Source: Ignavibacteria bacterium (GTDB lineage: Bacteria > Elusimicrobiota > Endomicrobiia > PHAN01). From it: a stretch of 30,981 nt of DNA. The translations under genes and the position numbers were made by a program. The notes beneath the pieces were generated by a model. The model was not told the DNA's origin. It worked only from the letters and a program-made list of their open reading frames with translations, and did no database searches. Below, one piece after another: positions 1-8,663 of the stretch. Location: positions 1-30,981 of the forward strand of contig JBGFRZ010000066.1 of NCBI GenBank assembly GCA_041694835.1, given 5' to 3'. Position 1 is the stretch's first letter. Each line of letters opens with the position of its first letter.

Positions 1-150
1 TTGGGTGAAATTTCTTTCAGATTTAATCATAGAGACGAAGACCTTTTTCCGACTATACTGAAGATGTTACAGCACACTCATTTTGATGAAAAATTAGTCC
101 GAATTGTTTAGCCATTACCAAGAATAATATTGACATTACAAAGAAAATTA

Positions 151-1188
151 TCACAACAGATTTATTGCAGCATTCATCAAACCCTTTAAATTTTTTAATT
201 CCGATTTTTTTATTTTCTGGGTCAAGTTCGTAGCATGGATAACGGAACTCATGACAAGCATACCCGCATTTTTGAAAACCGTTGCAAGGCAAAAATTATT
301 CACAACTGACTGTTCTGTATCGACAGGCACAACCCCGGACTTTTCAGATAGCACAAGCAAATCCTTGGTAATCCACATAGACAAATGAAACAAAAGCAAA
401 ATCCTGAGAGCCGCCAGTATACCATAATTAATATCCCTTCCAAACAGCGTCGGAAAAAGCATTAAAACCACAATTATTGGGATAAACCTAAAATACTTTT
501 TCGGCATAAAACTGGATCCATGAATTATGAATATCACAACAAGAGTATTCATTACTAAATAGTAATGATTACTATTTAGAAAAAAAGAGGACGCTCCAAT
601 TAATATCGCGATAAATAGTTTTAACTTGTGTTTTTTATCAAGTTGAAATCGGGAAAAACCAATTTCACTCGTATAATCGCGGTTTTTTAATTCAACTTTT
701 GGGAAAATATGCGATGAACAATAGCCGATAAAGGCGCCCGAAACAACCCCAGCCAAAGCCAGAACCGGAGCGAGATAGAGAATTTCCGGTATCTTCAACA
801 GCCAGAAATATACGAAGGCAATCTGCGATAAATTATGAGAGACAGCCCCCGCGACGCTTACACCGTAAACTGAGAATGCCCCAAAGTTTTTATCCGCCTT
901 AAAAAATATCCACATTGTCAGAAAACTTACTATTGCCGACGCAAAACTTATTATGGATCCGGCGGTAAGGAAAGAGCCTGATATTATTGCTCCGACTATC
1001 GGCCGAAAAAAGGCGACCTTAAATGCCGACGAGAAATCCAGAGTGTAGATCGCCATAACCGTTATGATATTGGCAAAACCGATTTTTGCTCCCGGCACGG
1101 GATATGGCACGAAAAATTCAACCGACTGTATAATCGCACCGACGGATATCATGCGGATTATTTTTTGGTTATCTTGAAACCGCGTCAT
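151..1188 (-). CDS. Gx transporter family / heptaprenyl-diphosphate-synthase-component-I (EetB-like ECF S-component) with C-terminal EcfT/CbiQ-like membrane segment
   Basis: N-terminal ~160 aa carry family motifs (PVPGAKIGFANI, GVSVAGAVSHNLSQ). The C-terminal half has about 4 more TM segments (QLDKKHKLKLFI..., YGILAALRILLL) resembling the EcfT N-terminus. It lies directly after a NusG-II gene, the usual partner. Confidence 0.8.
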   Translation of the reverse strand: MTRFQDNQKIIRMISVGAIIQSVEFFVPYPVPGAKIGFANIITVMAIYTLDFSSAFKVAFFRPIVGAIISGSFLTAGSIISFASAIVSFLTMWIFFKADKNFGAFSVYGVSVAGAVSHNLSQIAFVYFWLLKIPEILYLAPVLALAGVVSGAFIGYCSSHIFPKVELKNRDYTSEIGFSRFQLDKKHKLKLFIAILIGASSFFLNSNHYYLVMNTLVVIFIIHGSSFMPKKYFRFIPIIVVLMLFPTLFGRDINYGILAALRILLLFHLSMWITKDLLVLSEKSGVVPVDTEQSVVNNFCLATVFKNAGMLVMSSVIHATNLTQKIKKSELKNLKGLMNAAINLL

Positions 1189-1525
1189 ACTTTTCTTTCC
1201 CTTTTATTTTAACTAATATCTTTTTGGGAACACAGACTATCGACTCTCCCGACTTTGAAATCCATCCGACATGCTTACATGTCTGTTTCGGACAATCCGA
1301 CGAGAAAACACCGATTTTCCCGGATTTCACTTTTATCTTAAAATTTTCCCCGACATTAATCGCGGCATCTTTCGAGATATCGATATCACTCTCGGTTCCA
1401 TTTACAATTAAAATGGCCGAAGACGCTTTTTTGGACAAAAAACCTGACATCAAAAAAAGATAGCCTGATAATGCGAGTATAACCGATACTAACGCGAAAT
1501 CAAGGATGGTTAGCTTATTTTTCAT
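1169..1525 (-). CDS. NusG domain II-containing protein (DUF1312 / EetA-like), N-terminal membrane anchor
   Basis: N-terminal TM, then SDCPKQTCKHVGWISKSGESIVCVPKK, the typical CP..xC..GWI...IVC.P signature. Confidence 0.85.
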   Translation of the reverse strand: MKNKLTILDFALVSVILALSGYLFLMSGFLSKKASSAILIVNGTESDIDISKDAAINVGENFKIKVKSGKIGVFSSDCPKQTCKHVGWISKSGESIVCVPKKILVKIKGKEKYDAVSR

Positions 1526-2724
1526 TAGGACAGAGGGATTAAAACCGAAACAGCGGCTCCTTTTGATATCTTAACTTTTCCTTCAGGTATCTCGACAAGA
1601 CAATTTGATTTTGCCATAGACGTCAGAATGCCCGAACCCTGCTGTCCTGCAAGAACAACAAAATATTTTCCACTTTCGCTCTTCAGGAGCCCCCTCAAAA
1701 AATGACGTCTTTCATCGTTTTTATTGAAGTTGAATCCGGCTTTTGCGATGATTTTTATGTGCTCGTGTTTTCTCGCCGACATTTTATATATTGCCGGCTT
1801 TACAAAAAGTTCGAATGAAACAAGCGTGGAGACGGGATTGCCCGGCAGACTGAATACCATTTTGTCTTTAATGACGGCGAACGACGTGGGTCTTCCCGGC
1901 TTTATGGTTACCCCTTCAAACTTAAAGTCGGCGCCAATGGTTTTGAGGGCGTCCTTGACTATGTCGTAATCCCCCATTGACACACCGCCTGAACTTATTA
2001 TTATGTCGGCTTTTTTTAATCCTTTGCCGATCGCAGCGATGACATCGTTTTTTTTATCACTCAAATGACCCAACCAAACGGGAGACGCCCCCGCCGAATA
2101 TATGGCACCGATGAGGGAAGAATAATTCGAGTTAAAAATCTCCCCTCTTTTTAATTTTTTTGGAGGCAGTACGATTTCATTGCCGGTCGTGAAAAAACCT
2201 ATTTTTACCTTCTTGAAAACATCAACATAACTTTTTCCTACCGAGGTCAGCACTCCCATGACGGGGGGCGTTATAAGAACGCCTTTCGAAAAAACTTTGC
2301 TTCCCTTTTCGATATCTTCCCCTGCGAAGCGGACATTTTCCCACTTTCCCGCTGATTTTAATATCTTTACAAATCCACTCGGAAGCTCTCTTGAATTCTC
2401 GACCATAATCACGCAGTCCGCCCCATCGGGGAGAGCCGCTCCGGTCATGATTTTCGAACAAAAGCCTTTCTTGATTTTTTTAAGTGGAGTTTTTCCGGCG
2501 GGTATGATTTCAATTACTTGAAGCCTCGATGGAGTTTCTTTTATATCCGATGACCTGGCGGCATAACCGTCCATAGCCGAGTTGTTGAACGAAGGTATCG
2601 AAACGCGAGATTTTACATCGCGGGATAAAATACGGCCCAACGACTCTGTAATTCTTATATTCTCCGAGGCGGCTGTTTTTACGAAAGACAGAACCCCTTC
2701 CCGGGCTTTTTTAAAACCAATCAT
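1525..2724 (-). CDS. moeA: Molybdopterin molybdotransferase MoeA
   Basis: PSFNNSAMDGYA, IMTGAALPDGADCV, SGGVSMGDYD, KPGRP, LPGNPVS and QGSG motifs; 399 aa. Confidence 0.96.
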   Translation of the reverse strand: MIGFKKAREGVLSFVKTAASENIRITESLGRILSRDVKSRVSIPSFNNSAMDGYAARSSDIKETPSRLQVIEIIPAGKTPLKKIKKGFCSKIMTGAALPDGADCVIMVENSRELPSGFVKILKSAGKWENVRFAGEDIEKGSKVFSKGVLITPPVMGVLTSVGKSYVDVFKKVKIGFFTTGNEIVLPPKKLKRGEIFNSNYSSLIGAIYSAGASPVWLGHLSDKKNDVIAAIGKGLKKADIIISSGGVSMGDYDIVKDALKTIGADFKFEGVTIKPGRPTSFAVIKDKMVFSLPGNPVSTLVSFELFVKPAIYKMSARKHEHIKIIAKAGFNFNKNDERRHFLRGLLKSESGKYFVVLAGQQGSGILTSMAKSNCLVEIPEGKVKISKGAAVSVLIPLS

Positions 2725-2742
2725 TCTAATTCTTCGGCAGGG

Positions 2743-2925
2743 TTAAATCACGTCTTCAGCACCGAGCGTTTTTTTACCGCCCTCACTTTTGACTTTATCA
2801 ATAGAGGCTTTTACCGATGATTCGACTTTTTCGGATAGTTTCTGAATATAGTCGGCACCAGTCCTATAACCAGCGTCCTTAACCATTTTCTTAACTTTGC
2901 TTACAACAACTATAATCTCTGCCAT
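2743..2925 (-). CDS. Bacterial histone-fold protein (Bd0055-like)
   Basis: 60 aa with MAEIIVVVSKVKKMVK...LSEKVE...KKTLGAED. This matches the single histone-fold pattern (VV.SKVK start, long alpha2, R/KKT...D end). A GGAGG Shine-Dalgarno lies 4 nt upstream of the ATG. Confidence 0.85.
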   Translation of the reverse strand: MAEIIVVVSKVKKMVKDAGYRTGADYIQKLSEKVESSVKASIDKVKSEGGKKTLGAEDVI

Positions 2926-3006
2926 AAAACCTCCGATATCGCGTCATGATTTTACCCCGGAATGTGTTAAATTTTCGCTGTCAGACGCATTATTTTTTTG
3001 TATTTT

Positions 3007-3182
3007 GAGCTCGTTGAAAAACCTTAATCTTTTGAACGATTTGGCAGTTTCAGGTTAAAAGTTGAAATCGTTTAGACCGCAATGTCTGACGAGCAAAGCG
3101 AGGAGTTTTGCGGTCTGATTGAAACTTTTAACCGTTAAGAAACTGCTCTTTAAGTGAAAAAGATGGGTTTTTCAATAATCTC
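3007..3182. mobile_element. 176-bp palindromic MITE, copy 1 (5-bp TSD ATTTT)
   Basis: Differs from 27836..28011 at only 2 positions. Imperfect terminal inverted repeats (GAGCTCGTTGAAAAACC / GGTTTTTCAATAATCTC) and nested internal IRs. ATTTT at 3002-3006 and 3183-3187. Confidence 0.9.
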
Positions 3183-3211
3183 ATTTTACAATTTTAACAC
3201 GCTCATGTCAA
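3183..3211 (-). promoter_or_regulatory. Putative sigma70 promoter for the histone-moeA operon
   Basis: Minus strand TTGACA (3211-3206), 17 nt spacer, TAAAAT (3188-3183). Confidence 0.65.
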
Positions 3212-3338
3212 ATATTTTTTCTTTTCATCAGGCAGTCATAGACCTCATCGGCGAGTAAAAGATAGATAGCAATATTGACCGCATTCTATATACTTCATTT
3301 TATCTTTCAAATTCACCCACTAACATTTACCTGCCGCT

Positions 3339-3977
3339 TTAATATCCGATATCTTCGGGGCAAAGTATAACGGCGATGTCCGTAGATGGCGGCCTCTTGT
3401 GCATTATCTCAACGACTCTGCAGATTCTCTGTTCGCTCTCGCAGTCGCTACAAACTCCGTTCTGGGCGCAAGGCGTCTTGACATTCAACCTCTTTGCATT
3501 TATCGGAGCGGCTATGTTTTTGGCTCTGAATACCGCCGACAGTTCGTCATGGGAAATTTTGTTGAATCCCGCTACAAGTATCACCTTCCTGGGGCCAAAC
3601 GAGACGGCGGCTGAACGGTTGGCATGCATATCGATAAAGACGAGTTTCCCGTCGATGCTAACCGCCTGTGGGGAAGCGAGATAATAGTCGGAAGTAAGCG
3701 CCTCGCGTCTTCTTTTGAGCGATTCTTCCCTCGTCATATTCGGCGTATGATATATGAGTTTCTGCTCTCTTTCAAGCAACGTTTCAATTATTTTCAATTC
3801 TCTTATGCTCATCGAGCCGCCGAGCCCGACGGAAGACGCCGGGGGGATCAAATCGAGGATTCTTTTCGGAATGTCTACTTTCTTGTCTTCGACAAAAACC
3901 TCGAATAGATTTTTTTCCAGCGAGCGCGCCGTTTTTTCAAGAATTTTTTTTCTCCACCATAAAACATTTTCATCCAT
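3339..3977 (-). CDS. LUD-domain (lactate utilization LutC/YkgG-like) protein
   Basis: VGLGGSMS, DGKLVFID...NR, GPRKVILVAGFNKI, and C-terminal TPCAQNGVCSDC...RIC Cys cluster. Confidence 0.85.
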   Translation of the reverse strand: MDENVLWWRKKILEKTARSLEKNLFEVFVEDKKVDIPKRILDLIPPASSVGLGGSMSIRELKIIETLLEREQKLIYHTPNMTREESLKRRREALTSDYYLASPQAVSIDGKLVFIDMHANRSAAVSFGPRKVILVAGFNKISHDELSAVFRAKNIAAPINAKRLNVKTPCAQNGVCSDCESEQRICRVVEIMHKRPPSTDIAVILCPEDIGY

Positions 3978-4066
3978 AGATTTTCTCCCATAACATTAGT
4001 TTCCGCTCTTTTATGGGCATCCGATTTTTTAGCATTGGCCGACTTTAATTCTTATGAAATCCGCAA

Positions 4067-4152
4067 GCTCCCGATAAATCATCGGGGCTAGATTGTTGTA
4101 AATCCCCCTGATGCTTCGCTTCCCCCTTTGTTAAAGTGGGATTACGGGGGTT
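4067..4152. repeat. Cluster of REP-like palindromes (CCCGAT-N5-ATCGGG; AAATCCCCC...CCCCCTTT..AAAG...GGGGG)
   Basis: The first hairpin resembles the rnpB repeated hairpin. The second resembles the core of the 26783..26996 element. Confidence 0.55.
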
Positions 4153-4210
4153 TTTCCTGACAGTTGTGGGGGTACTATCAAAAATTTCTGTAGACTGGTT
4201 TCTTAAACTC

Positions 4211-4849
4211 TTATTCTATTATTTTTACGACCTCTTCTATTTTTTTTCGCAAGCGACGAGGAGGATTTTCAGCGGGAAATCCGATAGGAATTATCGCCAA
4301 AAGCTCGTCGGGAGGATTTATACCGAGAATATCCTCCAGTTCTTTTTTGGCTATTAAAGGTCCTGTCATCCAGCACGCCCCCAAACCGAGAGCCGAGGCG
4401 GCAAGAAGCAGATTTTCAATCGCGGCCGAAGGCCCCTGCACATTCGCCGTCGAGACATAATCGCTCTCAATGTCATAAAGTTTCATTATCCTTCTTGTGA
4501 CCGAGTCATAAGGCTTAACGATAACGCATACAACCACTGGAGCCATATCGAAAAATGTATAGTACTTTGCATATGCCAGAAACTCGCTTTTCGCTTTCTG
4601 CGAATTTATCTTGGCGGCAACGGAACCTACTTTCTTCTCAACGGCCATTTTCATATCGTTTTTCACTTTGTCGCTTTTCACTATCAAGAAATTCCAGTTT
4701 TGCTTGTTCCCCGCCGAAGGGGCCTCAACAGCGGCGTTTAAAATCCTTTCGACATCTCCCATACAGATGTCTTTTTTCTGGAATTTTCTTATGCTTCTTC
4801 TGAGTTTAAGCGTCTCTAAAAGTTTATCGTATCTCTTTGATTGAGACAT
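4211..4849 (-). CDS. Nitroreductase family protein
   Basis: RRSIRKF, APSAGNKQNW and ENLLLAASALGLGACW motifs. Start placed at ATG 4849 rather than 4915 to reduce overlap with birA. Confidence 0.9.
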   Translation of the reverse strand: MSQSKRYDKLLETLKLRRSIRKFQKKDICMGDVERILNAAVEAPSAGNKQNWNFLIVKSDKVKNDMKMAVEKKVGSVAAKINSQKAKSEFLAYAKYYTFFDMAPVVVCVIVKPYDSVTRRIMKLYDIESDYVSTANVQGPSAAIENLLLAASALGLGACWMTGPLIAKKELEDILGINPPDELLAIIPIGFPAENPPRRLRKKIEEVVKIIE

Positions 4850-5798
4850 CGCCCGCCACCACCTTGATATCTTTTCCGTCAGAGTAGAGGATAAGCTCCC
4901 CGTTTTCATCGACACCCTTTGCCATGCCCTCGTATATGTTTCCGAGCATGCTGACTATGACGTGTTTATTGGCAAGTATGCATCTTTCATTGTAAAAATC
5001 CTTGAAGATGGAGAATCCTTTTTTTGAAAATTTATCGTACATGACGGCGAATCCTGTTAGTATATTTTTCATCAGTAAAACCGATGCAATTTCTTTTCTT
5101 GCAAGCTTCTTTACATTCGTGGCTATGCCTTTGAGTGATCCGGGGAGTTCGTTGTTGACATTCACGCCCACGCCAATCACAACCCAGTGAACGCTTTCCA
5201 CATCCGTCGACATTTCGGTTATTATCCCGGCAACTTTTAGAAATCCGCCGCGATATTTGCAAACGATATCATTCGGCCATTTAACTTTCAAATCCAAACC
5301 CGTCATTTTCTTTACGGCTTCGGTAACCGCAAGGGAAGCGACCAGCGGAAGAGAAGATATTATAGACGGTGGCACATTAGGTTTTAGAATTATTGAAAAC
5401 CAAAGCCCTCCTCTGTTTGAGACCCATGCCCTCCGCAGGCGACCATACCCCGCCGTTTGTTCGTCTGCCGAAATGACGAGCCAGTTTTGAGATTTTTTTT
5501 CCGCGAGCTTTTTAGCGTAAACCTGTGTCGAACCAATCATATTGAAGTGTCTTATCGATATACCGTTTATTTCGTCGGAAAGCAAAAGCTCGAGGTTTTC
5601 ATACGTTATTTCATCGGGGAGATTCTTTAATGAATAGCCGAAATTCTTCTTAGCGTCTATCCCGTAACCTAATTTTCTTAAATTTTTTATGTGTTTATTT
5701 ACGTCGGAACGGCTTATTCCGAGATTCGACGCTATCTCCTCGCCCGAGACAGTCCCGCTATTCTTCAAAATTCCGATTATCTTTGATTTCATGTTCAT
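4824..5798 (-). CDS. birA: Bifunctional biotin--[acetyl-CoA carboxylase] ligase / repressor
   Basis: N-terminal HTH (VSGEEIASNLGISR), QTAGYGRLRRAW, KWPND, KVAGI, GVGVN. Confidence 0.95.
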   Translation of the reverse strand: MNMKSKIIGILKNSGTVSGEEIASNLGISRSDVNKHIKNLRKLGYGIDAKKNFGYSLKNLPDEITYENLELLLSDEINGISIRHFNMIGSTQVYAKKLAEKKSQNWLVISADEQTAGYGRLRRAWVSNRGGLWFSIILKPNVPPSIISSLPLVASLAVTEAVKKMTGLDLKVKWPNDIVCKYRGGFLKVAGIITEMSTDVESVHWVVIGVGVNVNNELPGSLKGIATNVKKLARKEIASVLLMKNILTGFAVMYDKFSKKGFSIFKDFYNERCILANKHVIVSMLGNIYEGMAKGVDENGELILYSDGKDIKVVAGDVSIKEIR

Positions 5799-6634
5799 TT
5801 AATTTCGAGAGAGATGTCCAGTGAAGGAGCGGAGTGTGTCAGTGCCCCGATCGAAATTCTGTCCGGCTTTAATCTCGCTATCTTTTCCACATCGTCGAGG
5901 TCTATGCCGCCCGAAATCTCTATAGCGACTTTTTTGCCTCTTTTTTTTCTTATATATAAAATCGCCTTCTTCAAATCAGAGAGATTCATATTGTCGAGCA
6001 TTATCAAATCCAAAGGCAGTTTTGAAATTTCTTTGAGTTTTTTTATGTCGTCGCATTCTATCTCGATATTCGTTTTCTCCCCATATTTTTTCCGGCAATC
6101 CGTGACAAATGATTTCAAATCGTCTATGCGCTTGATATGATTGTCCTTTATCAAAACCATCTCAGACAAATCCGCCCTGTGATTAAATCCTCCGCCGCAC
6201 CTTACTGCATATTTCTCAAGCCCCCTCAAAAGCGGCGTTGTTTTTCTTGTGTCGTATATTTTCGTAAATCCGCCGGATTTTTTAGATTTGTCCACATATT
6301 TTCCTGTAAGCGTGGCTATCCCCGAGAGACGTTGCAGAAAATTCAAAGCCGTTCGCTCACCTGCAAGAACCGCCGCGAGAGGAGATTTTATCGACATCAA
6401 GACCTCGGATTTTTTTATTTTCTGGCCGTCACTTTTATATTTTGTGACTTTCGATTTCCCGTTTATAAACTTGAAAATGCCTGCGGCGATGTTTATTCCG
6501 CAAAGCACCCCGTCGGATTTTGAAACTATTTCGGCTGTCGCCATATTTTTTCTATTCTTAAGGCAGAGGGTGGTTATATCCCTTCTGTATGCGTCTTCTT
6601 CAAGCGAAAGTCTTATTATCTTTTTTATGTCCAC
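5795..6634 (-). CDS. nadC: Nicotinate-nucleotide diphosphorylase (quinolinate phosphoribosyltransferase)
   Basis: ERTALNFLQRLSGIAT, DTRKTTP, NHR, IKDNH, IMLDN, SIGALTHS; GTG start. Confidence 0.97.
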   Translation of the reverse strand: MDIKKIIRLSLEEDAYRRDITTLCLKNRKNMATAEIVSKSDGVLCGINIAAGIFKFINGKSKVTKYKSDGQKIKKSEVLMSIKSPLAAVLAGERTALNFLQRLSGIATLTGKYVDKSKKSGGFTKIYDTRKTTPLLRGLEKYAVRCGGGFNHRADLSEMVLIKDNHIKRIDDLKSFVTDCRKKYGEKTNIEIECDDIKKLKEISKLPLDLIMLDNMNLSDLKKAILYIRKKRGKKVAIEISGGIDLDDVEKIARLKPDRISIGALTHSAPSLDISLEIK

Positions 6635-6656
6635 ATTAGTTGATTTTACAAAATTT

Positions 6657-8663
6657 TTATTTTTTCACAATCATTCCTTTTAAGGCGAATATCTTATCCC
6701 TCAGCGCTGCGGCAAGTTCGAAGTTCAGCGAGTCGGCGGCGGATTTCATCTCATCTTCAAGCTCTTTTATAAAAACGGGGATGTTTTTTTTCGCGCCGTA
6801 TTCGGCGGCGGATTCGCCGACGACAAATCTGAACGACTCCTGCTTTGCGATATACTCAAACTCATCAAGCTCGTCCACCGCTTTTATAATGGACATGGGG
6901 GTGATTCTGTGCTTTTTGTTGTAATCGATCTGTTTAAGCCTTCTGCGTTCCATCTCGTTCATCGCCTTTTCCATCGAGGCGGTTTGAGCTTGAGCGTAAA
7001 GTATTATGCTGCCATCTATGTTTCTTGCGGCGCGACCGCATATCTGTATTATGGTCTTGTCGTTCCTTAAAAATCCCTCTTTGTCGGCATCAAAAACAGC
7101 CACAAGTATTACCTCGGGCAGATCGAGCCCTTCCCTGAGAAGGTTTACCCCGACAAGAACGTCAAACTTTCCCTGTCTGAAATCTTTTATTATCTGTATA
7201 CGTTCCAGTGGCATTATTTCGGAATGCAGATATCTAGCGTTGATTTTTTTTTCGCAAAGATAATCGGTGAAGTCCTCCGACATTTTTTTCGTGAGGGTGT
7301 TTATTATCACCCTGCCGAATTTTTCATTTTTCTTTCCGGAAATGATTTTTTCGACTTCACGCACAACATCGTTCACCTGATTTTCAGCGGGACGCACCTC
7401 GACTTCCGGGTCAACAAGTCCGGTGGGCCTTATTATAAGCTCTACGGTCTCACACGATTTTTTCAACTCATAACCTCCGGGCGTGGCCGTCGTGTAAATC
7501 ATTTTATCTGTAAGTCCTTCAAACTCTGAAAACTTCAATGGTCTGTTGTCAAGAGCGGAAGGCAGTCGGAAACCAAACTCGACGAGAATCTCTTTTCTCG
7601 CTCTGTCGCCCTCATACATACCTCTTATCTGGGGTATAGTCAGATGCGATTCGTCTATCACTGTCAGAAAATCCTTTGGAAAATAATCTATGAGACACAT
7701 CGGGCGAGAACCGTCCGGTCGGTCTGCGAGATGTCGCGAGTAGTTTTCTATACCGTGGCAGAATCCAGTCTCACGTATCATCTCGATATCGTATTTTGTT
7801 CTCTGACGGAGCCGTTGGGCCTCGAGCAGTCTCTTGCTGTTTTCAAGAAAAGCCGCCCGTTCTTCAAGTTCCGCCTCTATGTTCATCAAAGCGTTTTTAA
7901 TCCTGTCGGGCGATGTCACAAAATGTTTCGCCGGATACACATAAATTTTATCTAAGACGGAGAGCGCCTCCGCCGTAAGGGGATTTACCTCTTTTATGGA
8001 ATCTATAGTGTCCCCGAAAAATTCTATTCTCACAGCTCTTTCGGCGTAAGATGGAAAAATGTCCACGGTATCGCCCTTTACCCTGAACGTGCCCCTTTTA
8101 AAATCGTGGTCATTTCTCTCGTAATAAATCTCCACAAGTCTGCTTAATACGCTTTCAATGTTTTTCTCCTGTCCTTTTTCGATATAAAGAGACATGGCGA
8201 CATATTCCTCAGGCGAGCCGAGGTTATAAATGCACGAAACCGAGGCGACAACTATTACATCTCCCCTTGACATCAGGGACGACGTGGATTTCAGACGGAG
8301 TCTGTCTATGTGCTCGTTAATTGATGCGTCCTTTTCTATATATGTGTCCGTCTGAGGGATGTATGCTTCAGGCTGGTAGTAGTCGTAATAAGATATGAAA
8401 TACTCGACCGCATTTTCGGGGAAAAACTTCTTGAACTCAGCGTAAAGCTGTGCCGCGAGTATTTTGTTCGGCGAAATGACGAGAGCGGGCTTTTGAATCT
8501 TTTCGATTACATTGGCTACAACAAATGTCTTTCCTGAGCCGGTAACGCCGAGCAACAGATTATGCTTTTTACCTGATAGAACCTGACCTGACAATTTTTT
8601 TATTGCTTGTGGCTGGTCGCCAGCGGGGCTGAAATCGGAGACTAACTTAAATCTTTTTCCCAC
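6657..8663 (-). CDS. uvrB: Excinuclease ABC subunit B
   Basis: GDQPQAI, GVTGSGKT, YYDYYQPEAY, DESH, NLLREGLDLPEV, and C-terminal UVR motif FELAAALRD. Confidence 0.98.
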   Translation of the reverse strand: MGKRFKLVSDFSPAGDQPQAIKKLSGQVLSGKKHNLLLGVTGSGKTFVVANVIEKIQKPALVISPNKILAAQLYAEFKKFFPENAVEYFISYYDYYQPEAYIPQTDTYIEKDASINEHIDRLRLKSTSSLMSRGDVIVVASVSCIYNLGSPEEYVAMSLYIEKGQEKNIESVLSRLVEIYYERNDHDFKRGTFRVKGDTVDIFPSYAERAVRIEFFGDTIDSIKEVNPLTAEALSVLDKIYVYPAKHFVTSPDRIKNALMNIEAELEERAAFLENSKRLLEAQRLRQRTKYDIEMIRETGFCHGIENYSRHLADRPDGSRPMCLIDYFPKDFLTVIDESHLTIPQIRGMYEGDRARKEILVEFGFRLPSALDNRPLKFSEFEGLTDKMIYTTATPGGYELKKSCETVELIIRPTGLVDPEVEVRPAENQVNDVVREVEKIISGKKNEKFGRVIINTLTKKMSEDFTDYLCEKKINARYLHSEIMPLERIQIIKDFRQGKFDVLVGVNLLREGLDLPEVILVAVFDADKEGFLRNDKTIIQICGRAARNIDGSIILYAQAQTASMEKAMNEMERRRLKQIDYNKKHRITPMSIIKAVDELDEFEYIAKQESFRFVVGESAAEYGAKKNIPVFIKELEDEMKSAADSLNFELAAALRDKIFALKGMIVKK

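Noticed and set aside
1-292. 79-aa ORF at 53..292 and a possible gene start at position 30 (minus strand)
   Set aside because: The ORF overlaps the Gx gene by 142 bp and has no recognisable motif. The start at 30 gives only 10 codons before the window edge.
2926-3338. Moco/tungsten riboswitch upstream of moeA
   Set aside because: No recognisable motif; the structured sequence is explained by the MITE.
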